This document shows, one piece after another, positions 14,101 through 28,560 of a DNA stretch of 64,000 nt. The stretch is from the NCBI GenBank assembly GCA_964057225.1, contig OZ059897.1, forward strand, positions 15,934,001 through 15,998,000. Direction: 5' to 3'. Position numbers and translations under genes: made by a program. Positions within the stretch are counted from its first letter, which is position 1, and every line of letters begins with the position of its first letter. The notes under the pieces were generated by a model. The model saw only the letters and a list, made by a program, of their open reading frames with translations. It was not told the DNA's origin and ran no database searches. This DNA is from Auanema rhodensis (Eukaryota; Animalia; Nematoda).

Positions 14101-17100
14101 GCAAGTAAGAAGAGGTGGAGATACATGTAAGAAATATTTCATTCAACAGTTCATGGTATAGCAAAGTAGTAAATATATTATATCTAACTATATGTCATTA
14201 TCAAACTATGGATATATGTATAGTTACACTTTATAGTACAATGCACATACATAGAATAAGAAATACGATGAGAGAGAGGGAGAGAGAGGGAGAGGGAGAG
14301 AGAGAGAAAGAGAGTATACTTGATATATGTATGGATGTTATAACGGTAATCAGCAAACGGCCTCTGCCATCATATCCAAACACAATCCGACAAAACATCC
14401 TGTTCAACTATCATAGCTTGCCAGATTTGATTCATGTAATGTATATACAAATTGAAAAGAAAAAGAGAAAATATAACCATATACATATAATATAAGATGT
14501 TGTTCTGACGCTAATTATATATTATATGATTATACTATTTCAATTTATGGGGTCGAATATAAAAATTCCAACGTAATCAATTTGAGAAATGAACATAGAC
14601 ATCCTGTCTTTACTAAAAGAATAGTATTCATTATTTTTTTAAGCCATTGAACGATGTCATTACATTCGAAAACAACAAAATCAAATTCTAAAGACTTGAG
14701 AAAGAAAATTGATATATGAAAAGTAAAACGAGGGAATCAAAAAGTGAACAGACAATTCAGAGAAAACTGTCTGAAACATCAAAATTTTAAAAAAATTCTA
14801 GTTGATTCACCTAATCAACAATATTCAAATAAGTTTTCTACAATCTTATGAATCTATGAGGTTATGAGAAGTTACAACTTGCATTTCCAGAAACAATACT
14901 CAAACAACTTCGTTTTCAATCACCAACATATTTGAAAAAGAGAGCAATTGACGTAGTTGAAATGGTAGATAGAAGATGAAGAACATTTCATGAACTAACC
15001 AGAAATCACATCACAAGGTCAGTATTCACGTATTTCATATGAAGTAACTTCTAGTGATAAAGATGAAAACGGAAAAAGAAGATCTTCAGGAAGAAATCAA
15101 CGAGTGATTCTTCGTTTTATCTTTTATTCAAAGATAAGATCTTTCTAAACTAATTCAATCATCTTATAAATAATTCTTTTGAATAAAATCATTTTATTCA
15201 AAAAAATTGAAAAAAGAAAAAACAAATTGACCATTACTATATGTAATTGTAAGCAGCTAACTATTCCCTTATACAAAAAAATCAAATCAGATTGAGAATT
15301 TTCAGTTTTTAAAAACTCAAATCGGATTGACATCAACTATTGGATACTACTGATGAGCGGACGTCGTCATCATAGTCTGCATAATTATGATGGCCCACAA
15401 GAGGTCACTTTTGAATAAAGAACAAGAGGGATAAGGATTTTGTCCTATGAGAATCTGGGTTACAACTTCCAATACCATTTACTTTCCAATAAAACTTTCA
15501 TTCATTCTTACTATGGAAATTCAATACGTTAAAAGAAAATCAAGAAATACATTGAGAAGTGAAGTAAAAATATGATTTGAGGTTGATCAAACAAAGAAAA
15601 GGTAAGAAGAAAAAGAAGATAAAGAAAGAAAAACTAATTTACAAGTATAATACATAGTTAAGAAATTATATTTAAACATTGTTAAAAAATTTCTAATAAA
15701 AGAAATAATATAATATATAACAAAAACATATAAGATAAAAATTAAAAATAATAAAAGCTAAGAACATAATTGAAAAAAAATGCCGAAATTGGTTGACACA
15801 TCAATAATAAGAAAACAATTTGTATGACTCCCTCAAAGAAACTTTTTTTTCTTCTTTAGAAAATTGTTTTTTTCTACAATTTATCATCTTTTCCTAACAT
15901 CAATAAATAAAAAACTAAAGATCAATATATATATATATATGTATATAAGTATATAAATATATAATTAAGTTGTTTGAGCTCAATAAGTATTTGTACTTTA
16001 ATTTTTTGATTTTTCTAATAAGATGAATAACACACGTTTCTTTATCTGAGATATGTAAAAGTTGTTTATAGTTTGATTAATTTTTAATTTTTTATATTAA
16101 TTAAACTATATTATATAATATTAATAGATAAATCAATAAAGAAAAATATATAAATGAAAGAGAAGACAATACGTATGATGATTATGGTATGATTTATCCA
16201 GAAAAGATAAATAGATCAGAGTGTGTGTGAAATATAATGAAAATGAGAAGGAAAGTATTAGAATGATAAAATATTTAGGTTGTTCAATCATATAATTAAG
16301 GACAATTATCATATAATATGGACTAAATTACGATTATCATTCTTAGTTTCTTTTCAAATTAAAGTATCATGTTGAAACCAAATTTGAAATCTTTAATTTA
16401 CAAAATTTTTAAATATTTTATATAATATGAAAGAAGATTTAGATATATAAATGTTCTTTCATACTATATACCATATACTATATCATATTTACATGAATAT
16501 ATGTATAGATAATCTAAAAAATGCGATGAATAATCTGAACACTGACGAAAATGATTTGAGAATTTTCAATTTTTTTTCGAAAAAAAGAATCATAAAAACC
16601 TGACTGCAGATATAGTACAAATAGCATATACTATATATTTAATTTTTGTACTATATATATATATATGGTTATATATAGTTATATATATCTATATTATTAT
16701 ACAAATAATTAAATAATCATTCATAATCGAATGAAATGTGGTCTCAATTTAAGAAAAAAAACAAAAAATGTTGGAGATAACATCAACGGATTTTCATTTT
16801 CTCTTTATGATAAATGATTAGAAAAAGAAGAGGACATTCTAGACAGGTACATTCATTAGAAGAATAGTTAAATTATTGTTCTATGATTTTATCTTCCCGA
16901 TGAAGGTGATATATGATTGGATGAATGATTAGAAGAAGCGGATTAAAAAGAAAAGAAATCTACGGCCTCATAAATTTAAAAATTCAGAATTGACATCATA
17001 TCTATCCATCCATGTAGCAGGATTGATCGAAGCGTGACTTTCGATTCAGAATGAGGATGAGAATAGAGGTCGTCACGAACCAGTCGTCATCGGTGTGTAA

Positions 17101-17870
17101 CCTTTGCCCCCCTGCTGACTATATGTTCTAGTTGGCAAGATTGGAAGTTAAAGAAGTAGACAGATTTAAAAAGAGAAAAGAGAAGGAAAAAGCATGAAAC
17201 GAGAAGAAATGGAAAAGTAAAAAGAAAAAAAGGAATAAAGAGGAAGTTCTTATTCCTCTCTCTCTCTCTCTACCTGTTTCTTTCAAATCAACCAAAACTA
17301 TGTCATTATCTAAGTTCATGGTAAATGCCAAATACAATATTTCAAAGAAAACATTATTTTAATTCTGTCATATATACATATCATCATCATCATCGTCAAT
17401 GTTATTGTTATTTGATTCATTTTCTAAATTAATATCTTTAAACTATGACTCTTAAGATTTTTAAAAAAGAATATCGAATAATTTTAATAAATATTGTTTT
17501 ATTAATAATATTTAATAATTATTTAAGTTTATACATAATTATTAAATATCTAGTAAAAATATAATATCTAAAAAAATAATATATGTATAAGAAAGTATGT
17601 TGATGTAATAATGAAGAAGTTGAGAAGACTTCTTTCGTTCTGAGACCGTTTATGTACTATAATTCAGGAATTACATTCTTATACATACAATGGGCTAGAA
17701 ATAGATTTTACTATTTTCCATAAATGTTTTCGTTTTTTTTTCTTCTTTGAGGTTTTCTTGAATGAATAAGAACAGTATATGTATATGTGCTCATGTTAGC
17801 CACTTATTCAAACTAGAAGACAAAATTAAAGTTTTATATTCAAAATATATTAATTTCAAAGACATGAATG

Positions 17871-17902
<32 letters not shown>

Positions 17903-18975
17903 TATTATAACAAATATATATATATATATATATATATAAATCTAAAAATATGTATATGTTTATCAGCTAGTTCATAGATCATATTGATGTTTTTAATGTA
18001 ATTGAAAATTTATTGTATCATTCATTCGTGTCTTCAGAATAGTTCTAACTCTTCAATATTCTGGAATAATGTAATAGTTTAATATAAAATATATCTATCT
18101 ATCTATCTATATATATATATTTTAAAAATATAATCTATATAAGATCATTAGAAATCAAAAATATATACTATATGTATGTATATAGTTAGATATATTCAAT
18201 GAAGAATGTTTACTATGTTTATTCTCAGGTACAATAGAAAATATTCTATTCATTATTGTATATGATTATACTATATACATTGTATAGATTAAGAATTGCA
18301 TTAGGAAAATCACTCCTGTTTGAAAGTTTTCGGACACTTTGAAAACGGTATTTTCTTTTTTTTTTTGACTAATTTTAAATATTTTGTTTTGTATTTTTGA
18401 ACTTAACCTTGTAAATTGATTATCCTAAAACTTTTAATATAAAGTTTTTATAATAAATAAATTAAAATATTTATGATTAAGCCAAAAAAAGAACTTTAAA
18501 AATAAAAAAAATAATTTATAAAATCATTACTATACTCCTGTTCGTTGAATTTTAAAAATAAATATATATTGTTTTAAATGTTATAAATCTTTTTATAGAT
18601 CTATATGTAAATATATAATTAAAATTTTGATTTCATCAATTTATTTGAATGAATATTGAGAACAAAAGAAATAATGTTTAACATATAAACTACATATAGT
18701 ACATAAGTAATTAAATGATATACTACGAATATATATATATATATAAGTATAACATCAATTTATTTATATGAAAAGATATTAAAATCATAATCTAAATAAC
18801 GATATAAAGCACCGGTTTAACAAACAACCACACAGCTTATATATACAAACACTTTGTAGTTGAATGAGTTAATTAATTATCAAAATTCATTGTTTTTTTT
18901 TTGAAAATTAAAAAAAAAAACAAACAAAAAATTAATTTTGTTGTTAGATAATTGTATGGAAGATATATTTAAATT

Positions 18976-21900
18976 CTAATGTCCTCTATATAATGACATA
19001 ACAGCCCGTTTCAGATCATCAGTGAGAATAAAGATTACAGGAAGAAGTAGTAATGCATGGAACATTCCAAGAATTCCAACAAGTATTACTGTTTTCCAAA
19101 AAACACAAACAACATATGCTTGGATAAACATAAGCGGAAACATTCCTTAAAAAATAATTATTTATAATCTATTTATGTATAACTTATATATTTATACCAA
19201 TTATTGTACTTAATCCACTTTGAACGACTGGCCATCCAACTCCACGAAGTGTTACAAGTATTCGGAAATATGTTGGTTTTGATTCAGATTTAGTAGATGA
19301 ATCAGTTGTGGTAGATTGAGATTCAATGGTAGCTGTACTCTCTTTACCATGTTCCTAAAGATAATTTGATAAAAATAAATATTTTTAAGAGTATAAACCT
19401 TCTCTTCTTCAATAGCATGAGCAAAGTAATGATAACAGACATGAGCTGAATAATCCACAGAGAAACCGATACTCATAAGGATTGATATCAAGGACACAGC
19501 ATCCAGATGAACATCCCATAGATGAAGATATGCAACAACACCTTAATATTTTTAATTTTATTATATATATATATATATATATATACGTATAATATATAAT
19601 TTAAAAATATAGATTAAACCTACCAACACAGATTGAACCAATTGATACAACTACTGAGATGATTGCTTCAAAATTTAATACAAATAGAAGTACAAGTAGT
19701 GACATAAGAGCAACAGCAGATACTAAATGTAAATATATATTTGTTTTTCAATTATTACAAATTGAAAAAAAAAATTGAAAAGTTGATAAAGATCTTACCG
19801 ACTGTTTGATAAAAGTTTGATGGAGCACTAGCTGCACTTTCTGTTGGAACTTTTTCAAATGGATGATGAGAAAATATATGAAATTGAGGATATTCAGATA
19901 ATATTTCTCTTCTAAAAATGATATTTTTAATATATTTTTAATAAATAATAATTTACCTTTTATACATCATTTGTTCAACTTCTAGAAATGATGTCATATT
20001 ATGATATGCAATTGAAAAGAAAAATCCATCAATGACTTCTCCTTTGGTAGTATTTCTTAATTATATATTTATATATTATATTATTTATAAAATAAAATAA
20101 TCACTTAGTTATTATATATTTTTCTTCCATTCCATATTCGCGATAATTTTTTAATAATTCAGTTTGTTCCCAAAAGTTTTCCTCATCACCCCAGAATGCT
20201 ACAGCCTTCAAATTCGAATATATAAGAATATTTTTTGTATTTCCAGTAATTACATTTGCGAAATCTCTTGTCCAAACGTTTGTTCTATCAGGACCAGCAC
20301 CATAATTAGAAATTGTTTCTAATTTTGTAATTAATTCTTCAAATTGATTACGAATTGTTTCATCAGAAAATTCTGGAATAGGACGAACAGCAAAGTTCAC
20401 AACAAAAGCTTCACGAAGGACAAAATCCTAAATACATCAATTTTAAGCTTAAATTAAGTTTTTTTTAACAACAAACCTGCATTTTTCTTGAAATATCTGT
20501 AAGTGGTGAGTCATGTAAATACAAATTTTCCATATCAAAATCTGTATTAACTTCTCGAGCATAATATGAGCTTACACCAATGTGTAAAAAGAAAATTCCA
20601 AGAATTAAAATTTGAATAGAACGTGTATGAAGGGCTCCAATAAATGATTCTAATGCTGATTTATTATCTGTTGATTTAGATAACGGTAAGCTAATATTGA
20701 ATATTCCAGTTGTTTCTTTTAATTTTGCTTTTAATCTTTCAAATGATGATGTTTCCGACTAAATTATATAAATATATTGTTTTTTCTTAAATTGAAAACT
20801 ATTTCTTATTACCTTTTCACCTCTAGCCTGATTTTCTTCATCTCTCTCTAATTGTTTTTTTGAAATAAGACCAACAATTGCTGTGAAAATGGTCATCTAA
20901 ATATATTTTTTAAAATTAATTTTTTTAATTATAATTCAACATACTTGATAGAAAAAATCTACAAATAGTGCTACTGTTGTATATAAACAGAATAATTGAA
21001 CAACAGGCATATTTGAGAAAAGACCAATAGCAAAGCAAAGAACATCTAAAAATTATTTTTCATATACAATCTTTCTTTTTTAATTTTTTTTCTAAAAATG
21101 TACCTGTTACAGAGGTTACAGTAACAGATGCACCAGAAATTGCAACAGATTCTCCGAGACGTTGCTCAAGTGACGCTCCTTTCCTAGAATAGGTTCCAAG
21201 CAAACAATTAACAATTATTCTTCAAATACTTACGTAGATTGTCTCCATCCAGCAAGAATTAAGAAAGCATCATCAATTCCAATAGTAATAACCAAAAATG
21301 GGACAACAGTTAGAATATTGCTGAATGGAAAACCAAGCCAGAACAAAAAGCCGGCTGAAGTCCATAAAGCCATTCCAGGTGAGAAAACTCCAATTAGTGA
21401 CTGAAAACAAGTTATAACTGTATTGTTGTAATAAGAAATAAGGAAATTATGTTACCTCAAGATGTTGACTGCGGTATAACGGAAAATCAATCAAAGTTAT
21501 TAACATGAAGCTTGTTAAGACAAGAACAGTCAAAGCTAAGAATGGTATTGCTACCATAGTGATGTTCCTTTGTTCTTCTAATTCTCTGGTTCGACTCAAA
21601 AAGGCATAGTTAAGATGAGTTGACGCTTTTGTGAAGGCTTCAAATACTTTACGAAGTTTCATCTCAAAGTCATTAGCCATTTCTTTTCCATGAGGTATTG
21701 ATGTATCAACCTAATTTTCATATTTCAACATATAATTACTGTATATATTACCATATAATGTAGAAGAATCATTCTAACTTCCTTAACTTCTTGGGTTGAA
21801 TCATTATTTTCAAAAGTCAAATTTCCAATTGAATATCCAATGAATACTTTACGCTGTAGAGCTTCAGCATTCGGAAAAGTTAATTTAATACTTGGTGAAT

Positions 21901-22609
21901 GCTCAGTAGTAAAAGCCTAAATATATGATAAAATATGAAAAATAATATAGAATTACCTCTAAAAAGGCTAAAACAGCTGCATTACTTTCATTACAGTATA
22001 TTCCACAAACATCTTTATATTCAAATTCATGAATACCATTGTTCAATGTTATGTTATCAGTAACATACTTTAATTATATTTAATTAGTTAGTTATATATA
22101 TATTTAATTACCTTATGTGCTTCTTCAATTTCATTTAATAATTTTTTATTTAATAAATTTCCTTGATCATTTCTTGTAATTAATATTTGCATCTGAAATA
22201 TTTAAAATACAATCTTACAATAGAAAAATAAAATTAATTGCAGCAGAAATCGACCGATTATCTCCATTTCATTTTAGAAAATAAAATAACTTTTTTGATA
22301 TTTCATGTGAATACTTACACGATGATGATGGGCTCCCGAAGCATATTCAAATGGCTTCAACTTTGCTTCTTCTATTCTAGACATTCCGTTAGTTGGAGCA
22401 TAAATATCCCAAATATCATCCTGGCTATGGAAATAACGAAAACCATATGTTGAAATTATTGTTATAATAATTGGTACAATCTAAATAATATATACAAGAT
22501 ATAACTTTTATTTTCTCAAAATGAGCCAAAGAAAACTTACGATGAATGGCCAAGGATGTCGTGCTACAAGCATACCATAGCTGTGAAAGAATCGTTCCAA
22601 TGGCCGCAT
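18976..22609 (-). CDS. Patched-related (PTR) sterol-sensing/RND-like membrane protein, complete multi-exon gene
   Basis: Starts MRPLERFFHSYGMLVARHPWPFI (ATG 22609, 3 nt after TTTGAAG). Contains CGIYCNESN, sterol-sensing-domain motif TIGIDDAFLILAGW...GASVTVTSVTDVLCFAIG, second-half motif LDAVSLISILMSIGFSVDYSAH, and GWPVVQSGLSTIIGMFPL...GMFHALLLLPVIF. Stop TAG at 18976-18978. Many short GT-AG introns. The specific ptr paralogue is not assigned. Confidence 0.95.
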
Positions 22610-23489
22610 TACCTTCAAATAAACAAATATTATCTCATAAATATGAATATAAAAACTTAAGATAATATCACAAAGTACAGTAATTCAAATATAAAATTTG
22701 TAATAAAATGAGAATTAGGAAATATATCTATCTTTATACATATAATACAAACTGATTGAAAATTGTATGTAACAACCTTTAAATTCGATTTGAAAAGCTT
22801 GTAAAACAGTTTTAAGTTTCTAAGAAAATTATAAAAAAAAGAAATATAAAAGAACAAGGTTTAAAATTCGGGTGTAATAGTTCAAAAGTTGCATTGAATT
22901 TAGATCATAAAATTACATGGATACTGTAAAAAGAATCTTTTTTTTATAGATCGTAAGGTGAAATAAGAAGACTAATAAACGGTATATAGTGGAAAATCTT
23001 ATGTTATACTAAATTCTGAAAATCTTTTGAAAAACCATTTTTCAATTTGTCTTTATATTTTTAAAAAGATACAAACTTATAACAATAAGAGGTTATGAAA
23101 GAAAGAAAAAAGACAAATTTGAATGAAAAATAAAATTATTACTAATAAAACTTCTTGATGAAATGCAATCATATATTTTCCTGTTCCACAAAAACTTATC
23201 CCGGCCGACTGGTCGGAGACTAGTCGAGTGGACCTCTTGCAGAGTATCCTTTAGCTTTATCGTTGTCTTGTTCAATAACTTTACTGGTACAAGCTGTTTA
23301 TTTGTAAGAGATGCAAAGATATAAGCGGAGATTCGGTTCGAATTATCATTCTTTGATTTCAAATGATTTTTTGTTCTCAATAAGTAGTATAGTATATATG
23401 GTTTAATATAAGTTATTGTTGAGATATGTCATATATCTTAACGTCATGAATACTGATGAACTTGCTTTTTGTCATATCTATAACGATTT

Positions 23490-23492
<3 letters not shown>

Positions 23493-23560
<68 letters not shown>
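23493..23560. repeat. (TC)n microsatellite, ~34 units
   Basis: Perfect TC run read directly. Confidence 0.97.
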
Positions 23561-23567
<7 letters not shown>

Positions 23568-26500
23568 TCAACTCAGTAGTTGATGTCGTCATAATCGCTT
23601 TCAACGTCATTGACCGTCTCTATTTGATTGAATGTTGTGAAAGTTATGAAGAAGTTGACATCCTGTATGTGTAATAGTAAGGTCAATTCTAATTGTCCGG
23701 GTTGAAACTGAGTAAAATGAAGCATTATTTAATAAAAAGTTTGTTATACTTTTTGAACTTTCGATGAAGAACGTGATTACGAAAACAAGCTTAACTTGTG
23801 CTTTCGACAATTCGAGTAAATTGGTATGGCTGTATAAGACTAAAAGTTGAGATCAAAGTTGTACATATGAGACAAATCTGGATTATGATAGATAAGATAT
23901 ATATTCAATTAACCAACAATAGTCTCTGTCGTGAAGAATAAATTCAGGAATATGTTGATGAAGTTGACAATAATGAAGATGAAAGGATATTCGAAATTCT
24001 ATTCAGCCGGACAACTTTCAGGTAACCTTTTGCCTCCTTTAGCCTTAAGGCAATACCTGCAGCGTGTCCAGTTTTGATTTCAAAGACGCCACATGGTGAT
24101 GAGATTGTGATTGCAATAGAAATGGACATGTGAATAGCCTCATCTCTGAAGGCTATGAAAGATCGGAGAAGAAGAGGCAAAAAGTTGAATATCTTTTGAA
24201 TATTCTGGAGAACGTTAGTTCAACGATGTCAGATGGGTAGACAACATTGAAGACTGAACAACCCTTTGAACTATTTGAGCCCCCTGGGGGTACGATTTAG
24301 CATCAAAACGAACAGATGCTAAACGAAACAGGAGAGGAAATTTTGTACTCTGAATAAGAAACAAGGCCTTCTTAAATGGTTTCTCAGGCATTTTCTGTGC
24401 TTAATTTGTCTTGAGAGAAGAAAATGTGTAAGTCTGCCATTTTGAAAGAGAATGATCGAAGCTGAAACTGGCTTTTCTGTCATACAATCGTGAGATAGGT
24501 TCTCGTGATATCTTCTTTATATCTCTACATCTTTCACTTTCTCTATGTCTGCTTTTCTTTTCTATAAAATTTTCTTTTTATAGTTTACGTGACAACCTGG
24601 CAAAAATCATATTGTCGGTCTTGGATATCTGAATCATAAATTGGTATCTGTATGTGTTCGATGAGACATTTCAAAATATTGAAAGCAAATGGCATTTTTA
24701 TTTCGTAGAGAGATTCTTCTTTTTCTACTTCTTGTTTAGAGAAATAAATCCTTATTTCAAAACATATATATAAACGTGTATAGACCACCCCCTAGATATC
24801 CTTAACATGTTGAAACTTTAACTTATAAACTTAAATATCTTGAGAAAAAAAGGTAATGTTATAAAAGAAATTAATGAAGCAGAACGTTTACGTTAAAGAA
24901 TCGTTTAAGTATCATATTTAGTCAAATGACTATTAGATATTGTTAAAAGAAGATGACCTAACCCAGCCATAAAAGTCGATTTTCAATGTAAAGAAATATC
25001 TAAAAAATAAGAAAAAGTCATGAAAACCTCGAAAAAACATTATCTTCTGCAGGTTAAAACAGGTTAGTTTTCAGTTGTTTCATTGAAAATCTTTAGAAAC
25101 ACTTATACTTTTGTGAAATTCTTAAAGAAACATTTAGAAGAAAGTTCAAATAGTTGCACCAAGTATACAACTTTTCTAAAGATAAGTATTATAATCAATA
25201 TAATATATAATAGAAAATAAAATAAATCATTAATATACTGTACTGATTTGATACTTTTATAGTCGTTTTCTCATTTTTTTTTATTTTAAAAAACTAAAGA
25301 AATTCTTTTAATATTGTAAACTAAAATGAATTCTGATAATGATAAGAATAAAATGATTTGACTTTAAAACGGTTCAAAGATAAAAATAAAAATGAATTTA
25401 TAAATAAATTTTCTGATCTAAAAATCAAATTGTTTAAAAATATATAGATTTAATTGAATAAATAGATAAAATATGTTTATTTTAATTAATTTAGCAAGAA
25501 AATTTAATTTTTTCTCGAAATAGTATAACATATTTGAGTTTTAAAGATAACTGTTTATCACTGATCATTATTTAAATCTTAAAGATTTTATATTTATGTT
25601 TAAACTGTAATAGGAAAGGAAAATGAAGATCAAAAAGGTTATGAGAGAGAAGAAAAAGGAAAAAAAAAGAAAAATAATTAGGAGGGAAGTGTAAGGGATA
25701 GGCAGAACCCTAGAAAAACGGAAGAAGGCGATAAATGAACGAAGTAGGCATACAAGCACAAAATCCAGTTATCAGTGATGCGATTTGCTTTTAAACTGTT
25801 ATATAATTTTATGACAAATAGCGTTTCCTTAACACTTGATATTGCTTGAAATAGAAAAACAAGAGAAATTTGGAAAAAAAGTGAAAATGGAAAAAAAAAC
25901 TTTGAAAAGTTCAGCAATGAACGACACGCTTCAGAAGCTACAGATATCTGAGGTCATATGGAAAATTGGAAGAAAAAACCGGAGATTCTGACGATGTAAC
26001 TAGAAGAGGTTTTTCTTCCTCTTTGAATAATATATAATAACGAAGAAGTAAATATTGCTATAAGAGGTGAGATGAAGCATTTGAGATTTGCTATGACAGC
26101 TATAAGAACAGCTCTTCCGACTTGACAACTTTTCACTTTCTTCTACATGGTATAGACACCAAAACAGTACTAGAGTCAAGTAGATGAAGCTGATGATGAG
26201 GCCGTCCAGGAGGAGGATGATGATGATGACATCGTAGGTAGTGAAAGGAATGTAATAGTAACAACAAAAGCAAATATGGATCAATGTTGTAGAAGCGTAA
26301 AAGACGAAAAGAGAAAGACGAGGTGTGGTATTTTTACGATGGATAATCCTTCAGAAGTCGTGAGTACGACAAGGATATTGCCATACAGCGAAACAGTAAT
26401 AGAGGCTGTTACCGGATCAGCATGATTCATGTAGGAACAAGAGAAGGAAAATGAAATGTTGGCATTACATGTGTAGATACATGGATTGTCAGTTGGTTCA

Positions 26501-27187
26501 TGTTGCTAGTGAGGGTGGGTGAAGCTTCAATGATGTAGATTAGTTCATTCAAAAAAAGTGAGATAACGAGAAGTAAGGTAGGGAGAGAGAGAGAAGAAGA
26601 GAGAGAGAAAAAAAAGTAAAAGAGAAAATGGGAAAGTGAACGAGTTAACAAAGATATAGAAGAAACATTGAAAACCAATGATTGCCTTAACCTTCAAGAA
26701 ATGCAAAATAGTTCATCTACAACCATTTTGAATGGTAAAGTATTCGTTGTAGAAGGATAAACAGAAAAAAGAAACACGAAAGATAAGATGAAAATGAGTT
26801 AGGCACAGCCTCTAGTAATCACCATCCGGAATAATTTCTGATGAATTCTACGAGATAATGACGTTGCAGAGGTTTCTCTCTCGAAATTTCTATTTCTATA
26901 CTATTTCATCGTTCACGTTCACAACGAACACATATCAAATCTTCTTTTTTCTTTTTTCGTTGACGCTAAAACTCAGAATCTAGTTGCTTTCATAGTATAG
27001 CTGCTGTAGGTGTTCAGAAAACTTGTGAAACGGAAATGTCAACCAGTTAGCTAACGGGAAGAATATAGATACATGCATGTCGTTGGTTCGGACATGATGA
27101 CGTTATATTCAGATTCAATATAAAGTAATAACTAATAGTAAAACAATATCTATAAGATATAATGAGATTCTCTTGATCTCTCTCTAA

Positions 27188-27190
<3 letters not shown>

Positions 27191-27244
<54 letters not shown>

Positions 27245-27254
27245 TCTCTCTCTC
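27191..27254. repeat. (TC)n microsatellite with one interruption
   Basis: Read directly. Confidence 0.95.
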
Positions 27255-28336
27255 TTACTCTTTACCTATCTTTATATCCAAATAATATTTATATAATTTT
27301 ATTGAAGTTAAGTATATAGTATATGAGATCAAAAATATATTAGAATGAAGCTACTATAGTGAAGAAAACACAAAGATATGCGACTGGGTGATAAACTGGG
27401 ATCAGCTGGCATATACATGTTAGGAAAAACATTTAGTAGTTGCTTGCTAAATCACATCACTGATTAAGATGTAAAGAGCAGAAAGTTGATTTAGAATTGA
27501 AAATCTTAATTATAATTGATTGTAATTTAATGATTTTATTCTTTATTATATGAAATATTTAATTTGATTTATAACGAAAAAAAAAGGGTTATGGTTGAAT
27601 AAAAATTTTGAAATTTCAATTTGTTATTTCTGAAATTCTTTCCAAAATAGTATGAAAATAAAAAGTTTTAAAATTAAAAAGAAATTTATAACTAAAACCT
27701 TAATTATGAAAAACAGTATTGAAAGATTTTCAATAGAGTTAAACGAAACATTAATCATTTAAGACGAGATACTGATGTTTAGAGATAAACAATAAGGCCA
27801 TCGGTCACACTATATGCTAATACAAAGACTTTTTTTTTGAAGGAAAAAAAATAAAACAATAAAATGAAGTTAAAGTAACATACAATCCTGTTTCTCGTTC
27901 TTTAACACCGAAATTGGGTTCAACTAAGCTTCATGAAACAGCAACCAGAATGTTGCCAAAAGCTGAGGAGATATGACTGGGTGTGTGATTACATGAAGGC
28001 CACGAACATCGGTGACATCATTAATGAAAAGTTTTTGAAGACTTGTCATGTAAAAGAACACATTAGGTTCAATCTAGTTCAATTCTCTTTGATAAAGAAG
28101 TTTAAAAAGATGTAAGATGCCAAGAACGCATTGAAATAACTGGATAATCGAGAAAAAAACTTGTGAGAGGATTTGTGTTAGTGAACAGAAAAAGGGAAAG
28201 TAACTGTTTCTTTTTCCTCTAAGAATTGGTATAATAAAAATTTTTAATAATTAAACAAAATTTAGAATGATTTGGTTGGTGATTATGGATGAAGAAGTGT
28301 CATTGTACAGTTCGCTTGAATATATCCTGTTCTCAC

Positions 28337-28526
28337 CTCTCTCCTCGCACTTCTCTCCTCTTCCTTTTCTCTCTCTCTCTCTCTTTCTTTCTCTCTCTCT
28401 CTCTCTCTTTCTTTCTCTCTCTCTCCCTCTCTTTCCCTCTCACTCCCTCTCACTCCCTCTCACTCCCTCTCCCTCTCTCTCTCTATTTATCTGAAGAATT
28501 CTTTGTTTAACTATATTTTTAACTCT

Positions 28527-28559
<33 letters not shown>
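28337..28559. repeat. Compound CT-rich simple repeat (including CTCTCACTCC-like units) followed by (TA)n
   Basis: Read directly. Confidence 0.9.

Positions 28560-28560
<1 letters not shown>

Noticed and set aside
5244-17977. Many 60-155 aa Phe/Leu/Ser-rich or Lys/Arg/Glu-rich ORFs in the ORF track
   Set aside because: They are by-products of polypurine/polypyrimidine tracts and microsatellites, with no domain motifs or exon chains.
24783-24791. GACCACCCC, near-match to the GLI/TRA-1 site
   Set aside because: A single 8/9 match, and it lies upstream of ptr rather than ptc.
26190-26220. Hammerhead-like CTGATGA..GGCC (also CTGATGA at 15350, 52295 and minus-strand 30934)
   Set aside because: None has a stem II closed by GAAA together with flanking stems I and III.
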